A DNA stretch of 64,000 nucleotides, from IMG/VR virus record IMGVR_UViG_3300028299_000132, positions 34,092 through 98,091 of that record. One strand, 5' to 3'. The position numbers and the translations under genes are program-made. The DNA comes from a virus. Position 1 is the first letter of the stretch; every line of letters begins with the position of its first letter. This document shows, piece after piece, positions 58,171-64,000 of the stretch. The notes below the pieces were generated by a model, which saw nothing but the letters and a program-made list of their open reading frames with translations, was not told the origin of the DNA and ran no database searches.

Positions 58171-58880
58171 TGACAAATATAGAAACCTTACAAGAAGTCG
58201 CTAAGAAACTTGAGGATAATGATATTAAATTTGGTGTGTGTCTCACCCATAAAACAAATACTAATTTTAGAATTGTTATTGAAGATACCACTGATTTTAT
58301 TATTATAAGAAATTTCTTTGAACCAAGTACATATGAAGAAAGAGGAAAGTTTCTAAGATTTAAATATAAAGATATTTTAATAACATTTATTAAAGTTAAT
58401 ATAGAAGATTTTAATATCGCTATTTATTATTATTCATGGGAGACTCTGATGTTAATAATGAAACATATGTTAATGAAAATGGGAATGAGATTAACCGATA
58501 CTGGTCTATACTATAATTACTTTGGTACTAAAATCTATTTGACTAATAATATTAAAAATATATTAAATTTTTTAGACCTCAATGATAGAATATTTAGAGA
58601 TGGGTTTCAAACACCTAAACAACAATTGGATTATATAATGTTGTCTTATTATTTTAATCCAAGTATTTTGAATGAAATTACAGTTGATATTAAAGACTTT
58701 TTTTATAAAGAAAAAACAAGTATTTTAAAACAAATAAAAGAAGACTATGATGATTCATCATTATCATTTGAATTTCATGAATATAGTAATGACTTAGAAT
58801 CATATTGGGAAGTAATTGATTTCTATTTCAAAAATTTATTTTTACCAAATATTCTTAAACTAAAATATAAATATGAGTAA
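58170..58880 (+). CDS. Hypothetical protein (possibly degenerate nucleotidyltransferase-like)
   Basis: YYYSW..L...GMRLTDTGLYY...LTNN pattern. Confidence 0.5.
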   Translation: MTNIETLQEVAKKLEDNDIKFGVCLTHKTNTNFRIVIEDTTDFIIIRNFFEPSTYEERGKFLRFKYKDILITFIKVNIEDFNIAIYYYSWETLMLIMKHMLMKMGMRLTDTGLYYNYFGTKIYLTNNIKNILNFLDLNDRIFRDGFQTPKQQLDYIMLSYYFNPSILNEITVDIKDFFYKEKTSILKQIKEDYDDSSLSFEFHEYSNDLESYWEVIDFYFKNLFLPNILKLKYKYE

Positions 58881-59130
58881 TTCAAAATTAAAATTTATTG
58901 TTTGGACTAGTTTTGTATTATTGTGGTTAACATTCACAATAATATGTACACTTGTACTTGATATAAAAATAAATTTTTGGATTACTGCGATTGTATACTT
59001 TGTTATCTATACATTTACACAAATGATATCATTTAATTGGATTAAAAAAGTTTTTAATAAAATCAGAGTGTATAGGCATAACAAAGAGATAGATGATTGG
59101 ATTAAAAAAGAATCAATGAATATAGACTGA
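58873..59130 (+). CDS. Small membrane protein
   Basis: Two TM segments. Confidence 0.6.
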   Translation: MSNSKLKFIVWTSFVLLWLTFTIICTLVLDIKINFWITAIVYFVIYTFTQMISFNWIKKVFNKIRVYRHNKEIDDWIKKESMNID

Positions 59131-59394
59131 TTATTTCTTCTTATTTTCTCCTTTAAGTAGTTCAGCTGCTTTCAATAATTTGGCTTTTACCGCTGGTTTA
59201 ATACTTTTTAAGATATAATCAAGATTATCAATGAATTGTTTATCGTTTAGTACCGCGATAATCGCAGCGACGGATTCAACATTTTCATTTAGAATATCTT
59301 TTCCAAGTTCTGTTCTTTTTGTCTTTTTTTGTTCAGTTGGTTTCCAAGTTTTATCAAAATCATTGAAACTCAATAGGTTATTTAATTTATCCAT
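59131..59394 (-). CDS. Hypothetical protein
   Basis: LLSFNDF..ILNE. Confidence 0.65.
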   Translation of the reverse strand: MDKLNNLLSFNDFDKTWKPTEQKKTKRTELGKDILNENVESVAAIIAVLNDKQFIDNLDYILKSIKPAVKAKLLKAAELLKGENKKK

Positions 59395-59622
59395 TTATTT
59401 ATTTAATTTTTTTAGTTCATCCATTCTATATATTAATTTTATTTGTAGAGAATGTGCTACTTTTCCATCTATTTCATTTTTATCACTCAATTCGTATATA
59501 GTATTTTCCAAATCCTTTAAAAATTTTATTTCTTGTTCAATAACAGATAGTTCAGTATTTTCTCCTTGTTTTATCATATTTGGAATAACTGACTGTATTT
59601 CATTAAATTTTTTAATTTTCAT
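59395..59622 (-). CDS. Tagged small protein
   Basis: MKIKKFNE; EQEIKFL.DL.N shared with the neighbour's C-terminus. Confidence 0.7.
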   Translation of the reverse strand: MKIKKFNEIQSVIPNMIKQGENTELSVIEQEIKFLKDLENTIYELSDKNEIDGKVAHSLQIKLIYRMDELKKLNK

Positions 59623-60178
59623 TGTTTAATAATTTTTTTAATTCATTAGTTCTATTTACAATATCACTACAATATTCATAAATCTCTTTTGCTAGATTTC
59701 GCCTATCTTGTGGGTTTCTCCAACTATCTAATGATTGATTAATATTATTATTTAAATCAGTTAAAAAATATATTTCTTGTTCAAACTCTTTTTTTAGTTT
59801 ATCCAATTCAATTTCTGTTAATCTTTTTTGAATTATACCTAATCTTTGTTTTTTCTCAGGTTGTGTTAAATCAAGTTCCTCGTTAATACCATCATTGAAA
59901 TATTTTTTATATTTTAAATCTTTTTTAAGTTCGTTTATAACAAAACTATCATTTATATCTAATAATATATGAATAACCGAATTTTTTAATTCTGATAGAT
60001 AATTGTTATTTTTACCATAAATTACATCATCCATATGATCAACATTTTCTAAATCATTCAATGTATTAGCATCTAGTATTTTTTTAGTTAATTCTAATAA
60101 TTCCTTACCTTTTTTACCATAAAATACATCATCTAAATTATAGTATACAAATTCTTCGTTAAATCTTTTAATTTTCAT
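59612..60178 (-). CDS. Tagged two-module protein
   Basis: MKIKRFNEE; internal GINEE; EQEIYFLTDLNN. Confidence 0.7.
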   Translation of the reverse strand: MKIKRFNEEFVYYNLDDVFYGKKGKELLELTKKILDANTLNDLENVDHMDDVIYGKNNNYLSELKNSVIHILLDINDSFVINELKKDLKYKKYFNDGINEELDLTQPEKKQRLGIIQKRLTEIELDKLKKEFEQEIYFLTDLNNNINQSLDSWRNPQDRRNLAKEIYEYCSDIVNRTNELKKLLNNEN

Positions 60179-60193
60179 TTTTCTTTTTATTTT

Positions 60194-60697
60194 TTATATA
60201 TATGATGTATGTTTATCACCATTTTCATCATATCCAATTAACCAAATATCACCTAGATAACATTTAAATTGATAATCAGCTTGTGGGTCATTTGGAACAC
60301 CTTCAATTAATTCTTCTATATCATCATCAATTTTTACATCATCTTTTCTATATGACCTAATGACATATCTATTAATCTTTCTATCGTAGTGAAGATCACC
60401 CGTATAATTTAAAACTTTTTGTAATCTTTTATATTTATCAACTATTTCTGTTATCTCATCAATATGTTCATCAATTTCTGAATATTTTATTCCCAAATTA
60501 ATTGTCTCTGGGTGTGTCGTGTCCGCGTCACCACCCTCGTACAGAAGATACAGATATACTTCATCTCGTTGAGCTTTATTTGAAAGTCTGAAATTTAATT
60601 TAATTCTTGGTTTTGTTTTTGGTTCCTCTTCTTCAAATTCCCAATCATCTTCAAAATCAATCTCTTCAAATAATTTTATGTATTTTTTAATTTTCAC
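60194..60697 (-). CDS. Tagged hypothetical protein
   Basis: KYIKLFEEIDFEDDWEFEEEEP; YEGGDADT. Confidence 0.75.
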   Translation of the reverse strand: MKIKKYIKLFEEIDFEDDWEFEEEEPKTKPRIKLNFRLSNKAQRDEVYLYLLYEGGDADTTHPETINLGIKYSEIDEHIDEITEIVDKYKRLQKVLNYTGDLHYDRKINRYVIRSYRKDDVKIDDDIEELIEGVPNDPQADYQFKCYLGDIWLIGYDENGDKHTSYI

Positions 60698-61214
60698 TTA
60701 TTAAATCTTTTATTTTATCACTCAAATATTCACCACTTTTGATAACAACATGTTTACAACCTTTTTGTTTTTCACAATCTCCTATAAATTTATCCCAATT
60801 ATCAGTTAATAATTTCACAAACGCTTCATTACTACCTCTTTGTATATATCTACCAATATATTCTTCTTTTATGTCCCTAGATGGATATACTAAAACAAAT
60901 GGAATATTGTTTTTAACTAACGCGTCTCTAACAATATCGTGTGATGATACCGGATAAACTCGGTGGATTAATATAATATCAACCTTACCAATGTTTTCTT
61001 TAATGTGTTTGATGTAATTATTTGGAAAATCTGGATGTCTAACTCCCTTTTCTATCCATGAAAATAGACTAGAATCAGAATCCAATACTTTTTTACCACT
61101 ATCTTCCATCATTCTAAAAAAATGACTTTTTCCTATACCTGGAAAACCAGATACAATAACGGTTTTCTTTTCTTTTTCATTTTTAAATTGTTCAAATGTT
61201 TTTATAGTATCCAA
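60687..61214 (-). CDS. P-loop nucleotide kinase-like protein
   Basis: VSGFPGIGKS, LDSDSS.FSW, DFPNNYI. Confidence 0.7.
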   Translation of the reverse strand: MDTIKTFEQFKNEKEKKTVIVSGFPGIGKSHFFRMMEDSGKKVLDSDSSLFSWIEKGVRHPDFPNNYIKHIKENIGKVDIILIHRVYPVSSHDIVRDALVKNNIPFVLVYPSRDIKEEYIGRYIQRGSNEAFVKLLTDNWDKFIGDCEKQKGCKHVVIKSGEYLSDKIKDLISEN

Positions 61215-61308
61215 CTAGATATTTTTCTTTTATATATTAAAAATCAAAATTAAAAATAAATAAACATTATCAGTATATTAGATTATATATTAAAAAATAA
61301 CTAAAATT

Positions 61309-62283
61309 ATGAAATTAAACCTTTGTATAGATGCAAATTACATAATGCAAAAATCCGTCTTTATGCTATATAAACTTAGATATTTATATACAGACTTACC
61401 AGTTATATTGGAAAAGGATTATAATACATTGACAAAATTATTTCCTTTTAGTAAAGTATATTTTATATCTGATAGTAGAGGTAATTGGAGAAAGAAATTT
61501 TTAGAGGACTATAAAGGAACTAGAAAAAAGAATGAGAATATTGACTGGAATAGTGTTTACGATATTTTTAATAAATTCAAATATGAAGTAAATAAAAAAG
61601 GTAATTGTGAATCTTATCAAATAGATGAATTAGAAGGTGATGATATAATCTCTTATATTGTAAAGAAAACCAATGAAATGGGGCATTCAAACATGATTAT
61701 CTCAAATGATAGTGATTTGTATCAATTATTGGAGTCTGATACAGTAAATGGATATATGAATTTTATGTATAATTTTAAATTTAGTGACGAAACATTATTT
61801 TTACCAAAAGTTTATCAATTGTTTTTAGATAGTCTAGAAGTGAATAGAAATTTTGATGATTTATTTAATGATAGTAATGATGATAATAATGTTGAATTTC
61901 TAGAATTTATTGGTGGTATGATAAAAAATAAGAAAGTTACTGAAATAGATAGTGAAAAAGAATTATTTGTAAAAATAATAGGCCATAACAAAGATAGTAT
62001 AAGGTCTATATATATGAAAGGTAATAGGGGCATTGGAAAAGAGGGATGTGCTAAAATTTATGATTTTTATAAAGAAACTTATCCAGAGATTATAAATTTC
62101 AATTCTGATGAATTTAAGGATAGATTAATTGAAATTGTAAAATATTATAAAAGAGTGAAAACCAATGAAATGGATGAAAATATTAGAGAAAGATTGGAAT
62201 TAAACTTAAAAATAGTAAAACTAGATAAAAAATCTCTTCCAAATAATTTATATGAAAAATTAGAAGATATTATTGAGATATGA
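61309..62283 (+). CDS. RNase H / 5'-3' flap exonuclease (T4 rnh-like)
   Basis: CIDAN, SDSRGNWRK..YKGTR, LEGDDII, SNDSDLYQL, RGIG. Confidence 0.85.
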   Translation: MKLNLCIDANYIMQKSVFMLYKLRYLYTDLPVILEKDYNTLTKLFPFSKVYFISDSRGNWRKKFLEDYKGTRKKNENIDWNSVYDIFNKFKYEVNKKGNCESYQIDELEGDDIISYIVKKTNEMGHSNMIISNDSDLYQLLESDTVNGYMNFMYNFKFSDETLFLPKVYQLFLDSLEVNRNFDDLFNDSNDDNNVEFLEFIGGMIKNKKVTEIDSEKELFVKIIGHNKDSIRSIYMKGNRGIGKEGCAKIYDFYKETYPEIINFNSDEFKDRLIEIVKYYKRVKTNEMDENIRERLELNLKIVKLDKKSLPNNLYEKLEDIIEI

Positions 62284-62564
62284 AAGATTTATTTAATGAA
62301 ATGGGACAATTTTCAATTGAAGTATTCTCAGAAGCTAAATCAATTCATCATATTATGAAATTAAAACATGAAGCGGACGAAGTTCTAGAAAACCCAAATG
62401 ATATAAACGAATATGTTGATTGTCTTCTCGCTCTTTACGCAGCGATGTATAAGTCTGGGTTTATTTACGAAGATATTTTAAGTTCTGCGAGGGATAAATT
62501 TGAGGTATTAAAATCTAGAGATTGGGTAGTAACTGATGGAATTTATCAACATATTAGGAAATGA
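62280..62564 (+). CDS. dATP/dGTP pyrophosphohydrolase-like (DUF550, MazG-like)
   Basis: KLKHEADEV...EYVDCLL...KFEVLKSRDW. Confidence 0.75.
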   Translation: MKDLFNEMGQFSIEVFSEAKSIHHIMKLKHEADEVLENPNDINEYVDCLLALYAAMYKSGFIYEDILSSARDKFEVLKSRDWVVTDGIYQHIRK

Positions 62565-62620
62565 TAAAAAATGACATTTTTTGATATTTTTTAAATACTA
62601 TATAGAAATAAAAAAATATT

Positions 62621-63148
62621 ATGAATATAACAAAAACAACAAAAACTTATTCAATTGACAAAAATACCTACGAATCTTTTGATAGATTATGTAGAAGAAC
62701 TGGAATGAATAAAAGCCAATTCATTGAAAAATCCATAAGAGATTATCTAAATGATACAATCGGATTATCAAGAATTACACCTGGAAAGACTGTACTTACA
62801 TGGGGTTATGATGATGATTCTTTATATAGATTGAAATCAGATCATAATGTAGTCGTATCCATCATAGATGGTGATGACATTTTTTTTAATTTAAGTAATG
62901 GTGAAAGAATTTCACGAATTCTTCTTTATCATAATTATGAAAAGATGCCAAAAATTAATCCAAATGAATTCTTTGGTAGTGGATTAAAAACAATTGTAAA
63001 TATTGTTAAAGAAACAAAAGAAGAGAAGGATTCAATTGTTGATAAAATAAGAAATATTGTCAATGAGAAAAATATAGATAGTAGTGAAACATTAGAAAAT
63101 ATTTGTAATATGTTAAAAGGACCAAAGAATACTGAAGAATTAGTTTAA
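62621..63148 (+). CDS. Ribbon-helix-helix-like DNA-binding protein
   Basis: KTYSIDKNTYESFDRL...MNKSQFIEKSI. Confidence 0.6.
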   Translation: MNITKTTKTYSIDKNTYESFDRLCRRTGMNKSQFIEKSIRDYLNDTIGLSRITPGKTVLTWGYDDDSLYRLKSDHNVVVSIIDGDDIFFNLSNGERISRILLYHNYEKMPKINPNEFFGSGLKTIVNIVKETKEEKDSIVDKIRNIVNEKNIDSSETLENICNMLKGPKNTEELV

Positions 63149-63622
63149 TTGTTTCGGACTTTCCTCATCTTCACCAGCTGTTCTATCTATTGTTATTATT
63201 AAAACATCTTTTAAACTGAGTTCTTTATCCATTTTAACACCATATTTGGTTTTGAAATAATTTTGAGCTTTATTGGTTAATTCATAAACGAACTCATTAT
63301 AATCATCCAATCGTTTTATAAAGATGTAATCTTTTAATTGGAGTTTTAATAATTCATTTTTTAGAATAACGGTTCCGAAAATTTGATTTATTTCATTTTC
63401 ATCTAATTTTTCGCAACCTAACGATTTTTCTTTCATTTGAGAAAGTGTCATCAATTCCTCTAAAAATTGATATATACCTATATTATTATACAAAAAGAAT
63501 TCTGATAGAGTTTCAGTATTTTCAACTCTTTTAACCATATTTTTACCATACTTTATAACATTCTTAGAATATTTATAACCCTTGTTTTTAATATATCGTT
63601 TGAGTTCTCCTTTATAGTCCAT
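63140..63622 (-). CDS. Hypothetical protein
   Basis: 160-aa ORF. Confidence 0.65.
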   Translation of the reverse strand: MDYKGELKRYIKNKGYKYSKNVIKYGKNMVKRVENTETLSEFFLYNNIGIYQFLEELMTLSQMKEKSLGCEKLDENEINQIFGTVILKNELLKLQLKDYIFIKRLDDYNEFVYELTNKAQNYFKTKYGVKMDKELSLKDVLIITIDRTAGEDEESPKQLN

Positions 63623-63699
63623 TTAGGATATCGTTTAATTTTATATATAATTTTTTCAAAGTCTTAAATTAATATATACAAAAAATAAAATATCAATAA

Positions 63700-63816
63700 G
63701 TGCGTATAATAAGATTGAATGAATGGTTAGAAAATTATTGGGAATTTGATGATGATGATTTTGAATTTGATGAAGATGAAGAAGATGATATGGATGAACA
63801 CGAAAAAGTGTTTCGT
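63700..63816 (+). pseudogene. Tagged acidic gene truncated by an IS right end
   Basis: GTG start; RIIRLNEWLENYWEFDDDDFEFDEDEE...VFR then ATGAAC of the element. Confidence 0.6.
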
Positions 63817-64000
63817 ATGAACTACCACTAAACTAAAGATTTAGTAGTTTCACGTTTCATAGACTTCTCTATTGAGAACGCCTCACCGTGTTTTTGTTTT
63901 AAGTCCGACCACGTTCCTGCATCCCAGACTCAGTACATATTTTTATAATTTATACTTAACACTTTATTGATTTTACCTACAACTCAAGATTTTATTGTAG
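63817..64000 (-). ncRNA. omegaRNA-like IS605 right-end element (runs off the window)
   Basis: gaaactactaaatctttagtttagtggtagttcat end; upstream hairpin plus GTAAAATCA motif shared with 35186-35430; no TnpB C-terminal motif visible. Confidence 0.7.

Noticed and set aside
2662-62033. Many short opposite-strand or nested ORFs in the track (e.g. 2662, 3004, 11848, 19965, 36626, 47554, 59231, 61815)
   Set aside because: They are shadows of longer genes, with antisense-type composition and no leader signals.
19329-63850. CRISPR array from the repeated ACTAC..CTAAAG..GTAGT hairpins
   Set aside because: Copies are dispersed singly, match IS200/IS605 right ends, and there is no repeat-spacer periodicity or cas gene.
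1-64000. Full genome-wide TAG-to-Gln recoding (code 15)
   Set aside because: Long genes are intact under code 11, Gln uses CAA/CAG, only four internal TAGs were found, and some TAGs look like real stops.

Overview
Very AT-rich (roughly 23-25% GC by eye), gene-dense segment of a jumbo myovirus-like (T4-superfamily) phage. Evidence: tail sheath C-terminus, gp19-like tail tube, gp32-like SSB, RNase H/FEN, thymidine kinase and homing endonucleases. The host is probably Bacteroidota: there are TTTG-N19-21-TAnnTTTG promoters, A-rich leaders without Shine-Dalgarno sites, and a Bacteroidetes-type rhomboid protease. Main observations: (1) An amber-suppressor tRNA (anticodon CUA, 48943-49017) occurs with four otherwise clean genes that each carry one in-frame TAG, always preceded by C. 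One is a peptidyl-tRNA-hydrolase-like gene starting ATG-ACC-TAG, and two further TAG leader minigenes are present, suggesting sparse, possibly regulatory amber read-through. (2) More than 30 genes share an N-terminal MKYLKLFE-type tag resembling the T4 capsid-targeting sequence. It is often followed by an acidic IDFDDWEWEEEP tag that also recurs inside some proteins, like polyprotein junctions. (3) An IS200/IS605 family is present: two full-length TnpB elements (TTTAT target, TCAT end), one deleted TnpB, and three TnpB-less omegaRNA-like right ends. (4) Also seen: a tandem PSGE paralog array, short GC-rich in-frame insertions in genes, CGCG over-representation, and several auxiliary host-like enzymes. 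Several small homopolymer indels suggest assembly noise, which is a caveat for single-base claims. All family assignments are from motif recognition, not database searches.
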